Shown: in pieces, positions 1-8,784 of the stretch
How positions within the stretch are numbered: position 1 is the first letter of the stretch
Layout: each line of letters starts with the position of its first letter
DNA from: an uncultured Eubacteriales bacterium
GTDB taxonomy: Bacteria > Bacillota > Clostridia > TANB77 > CAG-508
Reading direction: 5' to 3'
Length of the DNA stretch: 33,086 bases
NCBI GenBank assembly: GCA_963545005.1
Contig: CAUUHK010000001.1
Location: forward strand, 1-33,086
Notes under the pieces: model-generated
Seen by the model: only the letters and a program-made list of their open reading frames with translations
Told to the model about the DNA's origin: nothing
The model's database searches: none
Program-made: the position numbers and the translations under genes

Positions 1-41
1 AAGTAAAAAATAAAAATAATAATATAAAAAGTGAAAACAGA

Positions 42-1172
42 GTGAAATTTAATAAAAAAAATTTCGCTATTTTGTTATTGTTAATATTATCAATGGTAAC
101 TATTTCTTCATATATATCTAATAATGAATTTAGAAGTTTAGTAAATTCTAAAATATTAAAAAAAGAAAGCAAAGATGATGATCTAAAACAAATACAATTA
201 AAACAAAATTCTCTATCTAATATAATGGTATCAGGTAAATATATCTATATATTAAATTCAGGAATTATAAAAAGTTATGATAATAAAGCAAATGAAATAC
301 AAACAGAAACATTAAATATTAGTGATGTTGTATCATCAAAAAATGATAATCATTTAGTTATAGCTGAAACTAAAGGAAAAAATTTGTATGTATTTGAAAA
401 TGGAAAAATAAAATGGCATAAAAAATTAGATATTAATATTTCAAAGGTAACAATAAATGAAAAAGGCTTCATATCTATTTGTGGTAAAAGTTCTATATAT
501 AATTCTGTAGTTGTTTTAATAAATATTCATGGAGAAGAAATACTAAAAAAATATTTTTCTTCATCGTTTTGCACATTTGCTGAAATATCTAAAAATAATG
601 ATATGTTAGTAATAGGTTCTTTAGATTATTCTAAATTAATACCAAATTCTGAGATAGAAATAATAGATATTAATAAAGCAAAACAAAAACCACAAGGTGC
701 GACTATTAAAAAATATAATAAAGATAAAATAATAGTTAATTTAAAGATTAAAGTAAATAATGAAATATTAGTACAATATGCAGATGAAATTGTTGTATAT
801 GATGCAAAAAAAGAAATGAAAATATATACAGTTAATGAAAAAACAGAATTTATAGATATAAATATAGATAGAGGATTTTCAGTCTTAGAAATGATGACTT
901 CTTCATTATTTGATTCAAAATATGCTTTAAAAATTTATGGAATTGATGGTACTGAAAAAAGTTTATATTTAATAGAAAATAATTTACCTAAAAATTTAAC
1001 AGCAAATTCAAAAAATAATATATTAGAAATGGGACAGGAATTAATTTTTATTAATAAAAATGGGTGGTTATCTAAAAAACATATTTCAAAAAAAGAAATA
1101 AATGGAATACAATTTTCTAATAATGTTGTAGCTATAATTTATCAAAATAGAGTAGATATTTTAGAAATTTAA
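42..1172 (+). CDS. Membrane-anchored hypothetical protein. It has an N-terminal signal-anchor helix followed by a beta-rich repeat-like body. It may belong to the Firmicute DUF5711-type family, but I cannot verify that.
   Basis: Long 376-aa ORF with a GTG start. The N-terminus MKFNKKNFAILLLLILSMVTISSYI is a basic stretch followed by a hydrophobic helix. It is co-oriented with dnaG and lies 41 nt upstream of it. I recognise no catalytic motif. Confidence 0.7.
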   Translation: MKFNKKNFAILLLLILSMVTISSYISNNEFRSLVNSKILKKESKDDDLKQIQLKQNSLSNIMVSGKYIYILNSGIIKSYDNKANEIQTETLNISDVVSSKNDNHLVIAETKGKNLYVFENGKIKWHKKLDINISKVTINEKGFISICGKSSIYNSVVVLINIHGEEILKKYFSSSFCTFAEISKNNDMLVIGSLDYSKLIPNSEIEIIDINKAKQKPQGATIKKYNKDKIIVNLKIKVNNEILVQYADEIVVYDAKKEMKIYTVNEKTEFIDINIDRGFSVLEMMTSSLFDSKYALKIYGIDGTEKSLYLIENNLPKNLTANSKNNILEMGQELIFINKNGWLSKKHISKKEINGIQFSNNVVAIIYQNRVDILEI

Positions 1173-1213
1173 ATAAAAAAAGGAGTTTTATTAAAAATAT
1201 ATAATATATAAGT

Positions 1214-3034
1214 ATGAATAATAATGATATATTAGATGAAATTCAAAATAGAATAAATATAGTAGATGTAATATCCGAATATGTTGTATTAAAAAAGACG
1301 GGTGCAAATTATAAAGGGTTATGTCCTTTTCATAAAGAAAAAACACCTTCTTTTAGTGTATCACCAGATAAAAATGTATATCACTGTTTAGGTTGTCATG
1401 CTAGTGGAAATATGTTTACATTCATACAAGAAATGGAAAATGTAAATTTTAATGAAGCAAAAGAAATTTTAGCAAAAAAAGTAAATGTAGAATTACCACA
1501 ATATACAAATTTCTATAATAGAGAAAGTGCAGAAATAAAATCATTAAAAGAAAAAATATTAGAAATTAATGAACTTGCAACTAAATTTTTTCAATTTCAA
1601 TTATATAAACCTATTGGAAAAAAGGCTGTTGAATATATTAATAAAAGGAAAATGAATAAAGAAATAGTTAATGAATTTAAAATAGGTTATTCAGTTAAAG
1701 GGTTATATCAAGTTTTAAAATCTAAAGGATACTTAGATAAAGAAATTTTTGAATCAAAATTAGTTTTAAAAAATGAAGATGGTTCAATTTATGAAAGATT
1801 TTATGATAGATTAATGTTTCCGATATGTGATATAAATGGAAATGTTATAGGTTTTACAGCTAGAAGATTAGATAATGATGAAAAAAAGGCTAAATATATT
1901 AATACTAGTGAAACAGAAGTATACACTAAAGGAAATCATTTGTTTGCTTTTAATTTATCTAAAAAATATGCTAAAGAAGAATTAGTATTAGTTGAAGGTA
2001 GTATGGATGCTATTTCATTGTATCAAAGAGGGGTAAAAAATGTAGTAGCATCACTCGGAACAGCTCTTACAGATAAACAAGCAAACTTAATAAAAAATAA
2101 AACAAAAAAGGTAATTTTATCATATGATTCAGATACAGCAGGTACTGAAGCAACACTAAGAGGCTTAGATATATTGGTAAGCAAAGGTGTTGAAGTTAAA
2201 ATTTTAAGACTTGAAGATTCAAAAGATCCAGATGAATATATATTAAAACATGGATTAGATGCCTTTAGAGAAAGAATGAAAAATAGTATTTCATTAATAG
2301 AATATAAAATTTCTGTTTTAAAGACAAAATATGATGTCAATATTTTAGATGAAAAAATTAAATTTTTAATTGAAATATCTGAAATTTTGAGTGAAATAAA
2401 AAATGAAATTGAAAGAGATATATATATTGCAAAATTTTCACAAACTTATGGAATTTCCAAAGAATCAATATATTTGGAAATAAATAAAATATTAGAAAAT
2501 AAAACAAGTAAAAGTTATACAAAAATAAATGCAAATTATATGTTAAATAAAAGAGAAAAATTACCTGATACAGTTGAAACAATATACACAAAAAGAGAAG
2601 AATTAATTATATATTTATTTATTAATAATATTGAATTAAGGAATGATTTAATAGAAAAAATTCCCTTAACAGAAATAACAAATAAGCAAAATTTAGATAC
2701 AATAAAATATTTATTTAATAATAAAGATTTAGAATTAAAGCAAATGATAAAGAATCTTCAGGAAGAAATAAATATAACTGAAGATAATAATATAAAAATT
2801 TTAAATCAAAGTATAATTGAAAATTTAAGTAGAGTAAGTTTAAAAGTATTAGATTTAGATGTTAGAAAATCTCTTAACGATATATTTACAGCATATGCTA
2901 ATGAAAAAATTAAAAAAAGAAGAAATGAAATTTTAATATTGTTAAAAAATGTTACTAATGAAGAAGAAAAAAGGAAATTAGAATTAGAACTTAATGAAAT
3001 TATAAAAAATATGGGGAAATTAAATAGGAGATAA
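1214..3034 (+). CDS. dnaG: DNA primase DnaG
   Basis: Zinc-ribbon motif [35 protein letters not shown] motifs LVEGSMD and SYDSDTAG. The gene lies immediately upstream of rpoD, which is the classic arrangement. Confidence 0.95.
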   Translation: MNNNDILDEIQNRINIVDVISEYVVLKKTGANYKGLCPFHKEKTPSFSVSPDKNVYHCLGCHASGNMFTFIQEMENVNFNEAKEILAKKVNVELPQYTNFYNRESAEIKSLKEKILEINELATKFFQFQLYKPIGKKAVEYINKRKMNKEIVNEFKIGYSVKGLYQVLKSKGYLDKEIFESKLVLKNEDGSIYERFYDRLMFPICDINGNVIGFTARRLDNDEKKAKYINTSETEVYTKGNHLFAFNLSKKYAKEELVLVEGSMDAISLYQRGVKNVVASLGTALTDKQANLIKNKTKKVILSYDSDTAGTEATLRGLDILVSKGVEVKILRLEDSKDPDEYILKHGLDAFRERMKNSISLIEYKISVLKTKYDVNILDEKIKFLIEISEILSEIKNEIERDIYIAKFSQTYGISKESIYLEINKILENKTSKSYTKINANYMLNKREKLPDTVETIYTKREELIIYLFINNIELRNDLIEKIPLTEITNKQNLDTIKYLFNNKDLELKQMIKNLQEEINITEDNNIKILNQSIIENLSRVSLKVLDLDVRKSLNDIFTAYANEKIKKRRNEILILLKNVTNEEEKRKLELELNEIIKNMGKLNRR

Positions 3035-3035
3035 A

Positions 3036-4208
3036 ATGGGGAAAGAAAAAAAAGATGATACAAAAAACACAATCGATATAGATAAAACAATTAAAAAAAT
3101 TGTAGCCATATCAAAAGAACAAGGATATATAACAATGCTAGAAATAGCTAAAATGTTAGGAGATGTAACACCTGAAGAAGTTGAAAAAATAATTGAAACA
3201 TTAGAAAAAAAAGGAATTACAATAGGTGCAAAAACTGAAAATTTAGAAGATAACGAGGAATTAGAAGATTTAGAAGACATTGAAGAACCAAAAGAGTTAT
3301 TAGAAGAAGAATTAGAAGATTTAGAAGATATTGATGACGTGGAATTAGCTGATTTATCTTTTAGTATATTAGACGGTATAAGTGTAGATGATCCTGTAAA
3401 AATGTATTTACGTGAAATAGGACAAATTTCACTTTTAACACCTGAAGAAGAAGTTATGTATGCAACTCGTTCTTTAGATGGAGATGTAATTGCAAAACAA
3501 AAATTAGTAGAATCAAATTTAAGATTAGTTGTAAGTATTGCTAAAAAATATATGGGTAGAGGTATGTTATTTTTAGATTTAATCCAAGAAGGAAATATTG
3601 GATTAATGAGAGCTGTCGAAAAATTTGATGTAAGAAAAGGATATAAATTTAGTACATACGCAACTTGGTGGATAAGACAAGCAATTACAAGATCTATAGC
3701 TGATCAAGCAAGAACAATTAGAATTCCAGTTCATATGGTAGAAACAATTAATAAATTAGTTAGAACACAAAGACATTTATTGCAACAATTAGGTAGAGAA
3801 CCATCACAAGAAGAAATAGCAGAAGATATGGGAATAACTCCAGAAAAAGTTGCAGAAATACAAAAAATAGCACAAGATCCAGTATCATTAGAAACACCAA
3901 TTGGAGAAGAAGATGATAGTCATTTAAGTGATTTTATACCAGATAATGAAACACCTTCACCACATGATTCAGCATCACAAAGTTTACTAAAAGAACAAAT
4001 TAATCAGATACTTGAAACATTATCTCCAAGGGAAGCTATGGTGCTTAGATTAAGATTTGGATTAGATGATGGTAAAAATAGGACATTAGAAGAAGTTGGC
4101 AAAGTATTTAATGTTACTAGAGAAAGAATCAGACAAATTGAATATAAGGCTCTTAGAAAGTTAAATGAGCCTGGTAAAAAATTAAAATTAACTGATTTTA
4201 TGGAATAA
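3036..4208 (+). CDS. rpoD: Primary RNA polymerase sigma factor (RpoD/SigA)
   Basis: Region 2 motifs [17 protein letters not shown] and [17 protein letters not shown]. Region 3 and region 4 match as well ([20 protein letters not shown]). The N-terminal region is acidic. The start codon is 1 nt after the dnaG stop. Confidence 0.95.
   Translation: MGKEKKDDTKNTIDIDKTIKKIVAISKEQGYITMLEIAKMLGDVTPEEVEKIIETLEKKGITIGAKTENLEDNEELEDLEDIEEPKELLEEELEDLEDIDDVELADLSFSILDGISVDDPVKMYLREIGQISLLTPEEEVMYATRSLDGDVIAKQKLVESNLRLVVSIAKKYMGRGMLFLDLIQEGNIGLMRAVEKFDVRKGYKFSTYATWWIRQAITRSIADQARTIRIPVHMVETINKLVRTQRHLLQQLGREPSQEEIAEDMGITPEKVAEIQKIAQDPVSLETPIGEEDDSHLSDFIPDNETPSPHDSASQSLLKEQINQILETLSPREAMVLRLRFGLDDGKNRTLEEVGKVFNVTRERIRQIEYKALRKLNEPGKKLKLTDFME
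3258..3338 (+). repeat. In-frame direct repeat inside rpoD. Two 30-nt copies are 27/30 identical and their starts are 51 nt apart.
   Basis: gaattagaagatttagaagacattgaagaa (3258-3287) versus gaattagaagatttagaagatattgatgac (3309-3338). They encode [10 protein letters not shown] and [10 protein letters not shown] in the acidic N-terminal part of sigma. Confidence 0.8.
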
Positions 4209-4247
4209 ATTTGATATTGTATAAATATTATATTTGGAGATCTTTTT

Positions 4248-4610
4248 ATGATAGAAAAACAAGAAAAATTAGAAAATAATAAATTTTCGTTTAGAGAATT
4301 TTTTAAAAAAATTATAAATAATGACATAACAGAAGCTATAAAGGAAATATTTTTTTGCGATGAAACAAAATATTTAGAATCTGGAAATATTAATGAAGAA
4401 AATATTTTAATCGAAGGTGAAAGAAATATTGAAAGATTAGATCAAGTTATGAAAAATGGGGTGGATAATAATTTTGATGATGATAAATTTAATTCAAATT
4501 ATATGCCATCTATTGAAATTGAGGAAAGTAATTTTTATATAGAAGATAAACAAATATTTATAAATAATTTAGAAATAAAAAAAGAAATATCAAATTTAGA
4601 AAAAGAGTAG
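4248..4610 (+). CDS. Hypothetical small acidic protein (120 aa)
   Basis: ORF with a GGAG ribosome-binding site about 8 nt upstream. It is tightly packed between rpoD and the M23 peptidase gene, with a 5-nt gap downstream. No motif recognised. Confidence 0.6.
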   Translation: MIEKQEKLENNKFSFREFFKKIINNDITEAIKEIFFCDETKYLESGNINEENILIEGERNIERLDQVMKNGVDNNFDDDKFNSNYMPSIEIEESNFYIEDKQIFINNLEIKKEISNLEKE

Positions 4611-4615
4611 AGAAA

Positions 4616-5602
4616 ATGATGTTTAAAAAAACAAGATTTACATTAATAAAATTATTAAAAATTATATTATTAATATTATTTAGTATATTTTTAATAACAT
4701 ATTTAATAATAAAAATTTATAGACCAGTATTTTTAGTAAAATATAAAGGAGAGTTTATCGGATATGCAACAGATTTATTAGGAATTGAAAAAAAAATAAA
4801 TGTTGAATTAACTACTGAAGATGATAAAGCAAATTTTTATGATTTAGAAGAGCCTATTATATATGAATTTAAATTTTTAAAAAAAAGATTTTCAGGTGAA
4901 GATGATAAAATTGTTAAAGAGATAAAATCAAAAGCGATACCTAAATATAAATATTTTGTATTAGATTTAAATGATGGTATAAATAAATATTATTTTTCAA
5001 AAATATCTGATGCTGTAAATGTTAAAGATGAATTAAAAAGTAAAAATAGTAAAAATGCTGAACAAATTAATATAAAAGTAGAATATACACAATCTAAACA
5101 GCATGAAGAATCAAGTGAAACAGTTGTAAATAGATTATATAAAAAGAAATATATTACTACATATGATTATTTAGCTTCAAGAGGAATGTTAACAGAAAAG
5201 ATAGATATACCAATAGAGTTAAGTAGACCAATATCTGGTATAGTTACATCTGGATTTTCTTTAAGAAGATATTTATTTGGAACAACTGCACCGCATACAG
5301 GAACAGATATAGCAAGAGAAAGTGGAGCGGCAATTAAAGCAGCAGCTGATGGAATAGTAATTTATGCAGGATATTCACAAACAGGATATGGAAATTTAGT
5401 TGTTATTGATCATGGTGATGGACAACATACTAGATATGCACATTGTAGTGCAATATATGTAAGAGCAGGACAAGAAGTAAAAGAAGGACAAAAAATAGCT
5501 GCAGTTGGATCAACAGGGCAATCAACAGGACCACATTTACATTTTGAGGTAAGGTATGAAGCTATTGCATTAAATCCAGAATATTATGTCGATTTTGATT
5601 AG
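4616..5602 (+). CDS. M23 family (LytM-type) zinc metallopeptidase with an N-terminal transmembrane anchor
   Basis: Catalytic motifs HTGTDIA (HxxxD) and GPHLHFEV (HxH), plus GNLVVIDHG. The N-terminal hydrophobic helix is IILLILFSIFLITYLIIKI. Confidence 0.9.
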   Translation: MMFKKTRFTLIKLLKIILLILFSIFLITYLIIKIYRPVFLVKYKGEFIGYATDLLGIEKKINVELTTEDDKANFYDLEEPIIYEFKFLKKRFSGEDDKIVKEIKSKAIPKYKYFVLDLNDGINKYYFSKISDAVNVKDELKSKNSKNAEQINIKVEYTQSKQHEESSETVVNRLYKKKYITTYDYLASRGMLTEKIDIPIELSRPISGIVTSGFSLRRYLFGTTAPHTGTDIARESGAAIKAAADGIVIYAGYSQTGYGNLVVIDHGDGQHTRYAHCSAIYVRAGQEVKEGQKIAAVGSTGQSTGPHLHFEVRYEAIALNPEYYVDFD

Positions 5603-5615
5603 GTAAGGAAGAATT

Positions 5616-6197
5616 ATGTTAGAGATAAGATGGCATGGAAGAGGTGGACAAGGAACAAAAACCGCTTCTTTAATGTTTGCAGAAATTTTATTTAAAATTG
5701 GAAAATTTGCACAAGGATTTCCGGAATATGGACCAGAAAGAACTGGTGCACCACTTACAACATATAATAGAATAAGTGAAAATAAAATTAGAAATCATTC
5801 AAATATTTATACACCAAATATACTAGTAATTGTGGATGATAGTTTAATTGGAAATGTAGATTTACTAAATGGATTACAAGATAATGGTAAAATTTTAGTA
5901 AATATGCATAAAAATATCAATTGTATAAATTTATTACAAAATGAATTAAAAGAAAAAAATTTAAATAATGTAAAAATTTATACATTAAAAGGTACAAATA
6001 TAGCTATAGAAGAATTAGGTAAACCATTTCCAAATATACCTATGTTATCAGCATTAGTTAAAATAACAGGTATATTAGATGAAAAAATATTTTTTGAATA
6101 TGCACAAGATGCTATTACAAATAAATTTAAAAAAGAAGTCGTAAATGGCAATTTACATGCTATGGAAAGAGCTTTTAATGAAGTTGAGGAAATATAA
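5616..6197 (+). CDS. porC: 2-oxoacid (probably pyruvate):ferredoxin oxidoreductase, gamma subunit
   Basis: The N-terminus IRWHGRGGQGTKTAS is typical of gamma subunits, and FPEYGPERTGAP is also present. It is the first gene of a gamma-delta-alpha-beta cluster. The substrate (pyruvate versus 2-ketoisovalerate) cannot be fixed from sequence alone. Confidence 0.85.
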   Translation: MLEIRWHGRGGQGTKTASLMFAEILFKIGKFAQGFPEYGPERTGAPLTTYNRISENKIRNHSNIYTPNILVIVDDSLIGNVDLLNGLQDNGKILVNMHKNINCINLLQNELKEKNLNNVKIYTLKGTNIAIEELGKPFPNIPMLSALVKITGILDEKIFFEYAQDAITNKFKKEVVNGNLHAMERAFNEVEEI

Positions 6198-6509
6198 ATG
6201 GAATTTAAAATAAATGATAAATCTACTTTAAATGAAATAGATAAAGTTGCAAAAGGTGGAGAAATTATATATCCAGGGAATTCAAAAGAATTTAAGACAG
6301 GTAGTTGGAGAGTTAAAAAGCCAATATGGATTGAAGAAAAATGTAAACAATGTAGTTTATGTTGGCCAGTATGTCCTGATGATTGTATAGTAATAGATAA
6401 AGAAAATAAGAAAAGAAAAGATTTTAATTATGATTATTGCAAAGGGTGTGGCATTTGTGCAGAAGTATGTCCTTTTAAAGCTATTGAAATGAAAGATATA
6501 GGAGATTAA
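6198..6509 (+). CDS. porD: 2-oxoacid:ferredoxin oxidoreductase, delta subunit (2x[4Fe-4S] ferredoxin-like)
   Basis: Two cluster motifs, CKQCSLCWPVCP and CKGCGICAEVCP. The start codon directly abuts the gamma subunit stop (taaatg). Confidence 0.85.
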   Translation: MEFKINDKSTLNEIDKVAKGGEIIYPGNSKEFKTGSWRVKKPIWIEEKCKQCSLCWPVCPDDCIVIDKENKKRKDFNYDYCKGCGICAEVCPFKAIEMKDIGD

Positions 6510-6510
6510 A

Positions 6511-7704
6511 ATGGAAAATAAAATTTTAAGTGGTAATTTAGCTATTGCATATGCCATGAAACAAATAAATCCTGATGTAGTAGCAGCATTTCCTATAACT
6601 CCTTCAACTGAAATACCAGAAAAATTTTCTACTTATGTAGCTAAAGGAGAAGTTGCTACACATTTTATTAATGTAGAAAGTGAACATTCAGCTATGTCAG
6701 CATGTATTGGAGCATCTCTTGCTGGTGCTAGAACTATGACTGCAACTTCATCAAATGGACTTGCATATATGTGGGAAATGTTACATATAGCTTCAAGTTT
6801 AAGAAGTTCTGTTGTTATGAGCTTAGTAAATAGAAGTATATCAGCACCACTTAATATTCATAATGATCATTCTGATGCTATGGGTATGAGAGAAACTGGT
6901 TGGATAATGCTTTTTTCAGAAAATAATCAAGAAGCTTATGATAATTTTCTAATAGGTACAAAACTTGCTGAACATAAAGATGTACTATTACCGGTAGCTA
7001 TATGTCAAGATGGTTTTATAACGTCACATTCATTAGAAAATATGGAAGTATTAGAAGATGATAAAGTTAAAAAATTTGTTGGTGAGTATTTAAGAGAAAA
7101 TAATTTATTAGATAAAAAAAATCCAATAACAATAGGTGCTTTAGATATGCCTACATTTTTATTTGAACATAAAATATCTCAACTTAAAGGTTTAAAAAAT
7201 GCAAAAAATATATTAAAAGAAATAGATGAAGAATATTTTAAAATATCTGGAAAGAAATATAGTTTTTTTGAAGAATATAAAACTGAAGATGCTGAATATA
7301 TTTTAATTGCAATGAATTCTACAGTGGGTATAATGAAAGATATAGTGGATGAATTAAGAAAAAATGGTGAAAAAGTTGGAGTTATAAAAATCAGATTATA
7401 TAGACCATTTCCAGATGAAGAATTAGTTAATACATTAATCAAAAATAAAAAATTAAAAGGTATAGCAATTTATGATAAATTTGAATCATTAAATAATATT
7501 GGTTCTCCACTTTATCAAGATATATCTTCAGCGTTATACGCACAAAATATATTTATTCCAGCACTTAATTTTGTATATGGAATCGGTGGAAGAGATATAA
7601 AGAAAGAAGAAATAATTAATTCTTTTGAACAATTAAAAGAATATACAAATGGTAATAATGATAAAAAAATATATAGATTTATTGGATTGAGAGGAGAAAT
7701 ATAA
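6511..7704 (+). CDS. porA: 2-oxoacid:ferredoxin oxidoreductase, alpha subunit
   Basis: GNLAIAYAMKQINPDVVAAFPITPSTEI and ESEHSAMSACIGASLAGARTMTATSSNGL are typical of alpha subunits. The 397-aa length fits. Confidence 0.9.
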   Translation: MENKILSGNLAIAYAMKQINPDVVAAFPITPSTEIPEKFSTYVAKGEVATHFINVESEHSAMSACIGASLAGARTMTATSSNGLAYMWEMLHIASSLRSSVVMSLVNRSISAPLNIHNDHSDAMGMRETGWIMLFSENNQEAYDNFLIGTKLAEHKDVLLPVAICQDGFITSHSLENMEVLEDDKVKKFVGEYLRENNLLDKKNPITIGALDMPTFLFEHKISQLKGLKNAKNILKEIDEEYFKISGKKYSFFEEYKTEDAEYILIAMNSTVGIMKDIVDELRKNGEKVGVIKIRLYRPFPDEELVNTLIKNKKLKGIAIYDKFESLNNIGSPLYQDISSALYAQNIFIPALNFVYGIGGRDIKKEEIINSFEQLKEYTNGNNDKKIYRFIGLRGEI

Positions 7705-8667
7705 ATGGCATATATATTAAAAAATGTAATGTCAGAAAAAAATAGTAGATTTACAAGCGGACATAGAATGTGTGCAGGTTGTGGTGCTCCACCTGTAGTC
7801 AGAATGATATTAAGAGCAGTAAAAAATGATGATCATGTTGTTATATCTAATGCAACTGGTTGTTTAGAAGTATCATCAACAATTTTTCCTTATACATCTT
7901 GGGAAGATTCATATATACATACGGCGTTTGCTTCAACTGCAGCTACATTATCTGGCGTAGAAACAGCTTTTAATTCACTTAAAGAAAAAGGAAAAATAAA
8001 AAATGAAACAAAGTTTATTGCATTTGGTGGTGATGGTGGTACATACGATATAGGTCTTCAAAGCTTATCAGCAGCGATGGAAAGAAACCATAATTTAGCC
8101 TATTTTTGTTATAATAATGGTGGATATATGAATACTGGTATACAAAGATCATCAGCTACACCAGAATTTGCAACCACAACAACTACACCAGATGGTGAAA
8201 AAAAACATGGTAAATTAGAAAGAAAAAAAGATTTAACTAAAATAATGGTTGCACATAATTTAAAATATGTAGCACAAACAGTTGCAATAAATGATTTTAG
8301 AGATTTGTATCAAACTGCTGAAAAAGCGATTTATATAGATGGGCCAACATTTGTAAATGTATTTGCTCCTTGTCCAAGAGGATGGGGATATGATGAAAAA
8401 GATTTAATGAAAATAAATAAATTAGCAGTGGATACATGCTATTTTCCTATGTATGAAGTAGAAAATGGGATATATAAAATAAATTATAAACCGGCTAAAA
8501 AATTACCAATAGAAGAATTTTTGAAAACACAAAAAAGATTTAGTCATTTATTTGAAAAAGATAATTTATGGATGATAAATGAAATTCAAAAACATATTGA
8601 TGAACAATGGGAACAATTATTATTTTTAGAAAAACAAGGACAAGAAAATAATAAAATAATTAAATAA
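7705..8667 (+). CDS. porB: 2-oxoacid:ferredoxin oxidoreductase, beta subunit (thiamine-diphosphate and Fe-S binding)
   Basis: CAGCG near the N-terminus, and the TPP motif GGDGGTYDIGLQSL...NNGGYMNTG. The start abuts the alpha subunit stop. Confidence 0.9.
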   Translation: MAYILKNVMSEKNSRFTSGHRMCAGCGAPPVVRMILRAVKNDDHVVISNATGCLEVSSTIFPYTSWEDSYIHTAFASTAATLSGVETAFNSLKEKGKIKNETKFIAFGGDGGTYDIGLQSLSAAMERNHNLAYFCYNNGGYMNTGIQRSSATPEFATTTTTPDGEKKHGKLERKKDLTKIMVAHNLKYVAQTVAINDFRDLYQTAEKAIYIDGPTFVNVFAPCPRGWGYDEKDLMKINKLAVDTCYFPMYEVENGIYKINYKPAKKLPIEEFLKTQKRFSHLFEKDNLWMINEIQKHIDEQWEQLLFLEKQGQENNKIIK

Positions 8668-8706
8668 AACATTATAAAATAGATATATTAACATAACAAA
8701 ATAAAA

Positions 8707-8733
8707 TTAGCAGACTAAAGGTGAGTTTGCAAA
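8707..8733 (+). promoter_or_regulatory. Imperfect inverted repeat TTAGCAGAC-N9-GTTTGCAAA. It is a candidate repressor operator that overlaps the -35 box of the clp promoter.
   Basis: The two arms are complementary at 7 of 9 positions with a 9-nt spacer. It matches the CIRCE consensus TTAGCACTC-N9-GAGTGCTAA at 13 of 18 positions with identical spacing. Confidence 0.35.
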
Positions 8734-8755
8734 AAAAATAAAAGTATGTTAATAT
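8727..8755 (+). promoter_or_regulatory. Sigma-A-type promoter of the clp ATPase gene
   Basis: TTGCAA (8727-8732), a 17-nt spacer, then TAATAT (8750-8755), preceded by TGt as an extended -10. It lies about 30 nt upstream of the AGGAGG ribosome-binding site. Confidence 0.5.
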
Positions 8756-8784
8756 ATTTTTACATTTACACATTAGGAGGTAAA

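Noticed and set aside
8668-8784. A CtsR operator (direct repeat of A/GGTCAAA heptads), expected upstream of a clpC-type gene.
   Set aside because: No GGTCAAA-type heptad pair is present on either strand. Only the inverted repeat reported as a finding is there.
8746-8784. The longer N-terminal extensions given by the ORF track: 8746 for the clp gene, 20144 for the SSB-like gene, 20949 for murB and 16448 for the 59-aa ORF.
   Set aside because: In each case an internal ATG has a properly spaced GGAGG-like ribosome-binding site. The extended start lacks one, and it falls inside the predicted promoter or untranslated region.
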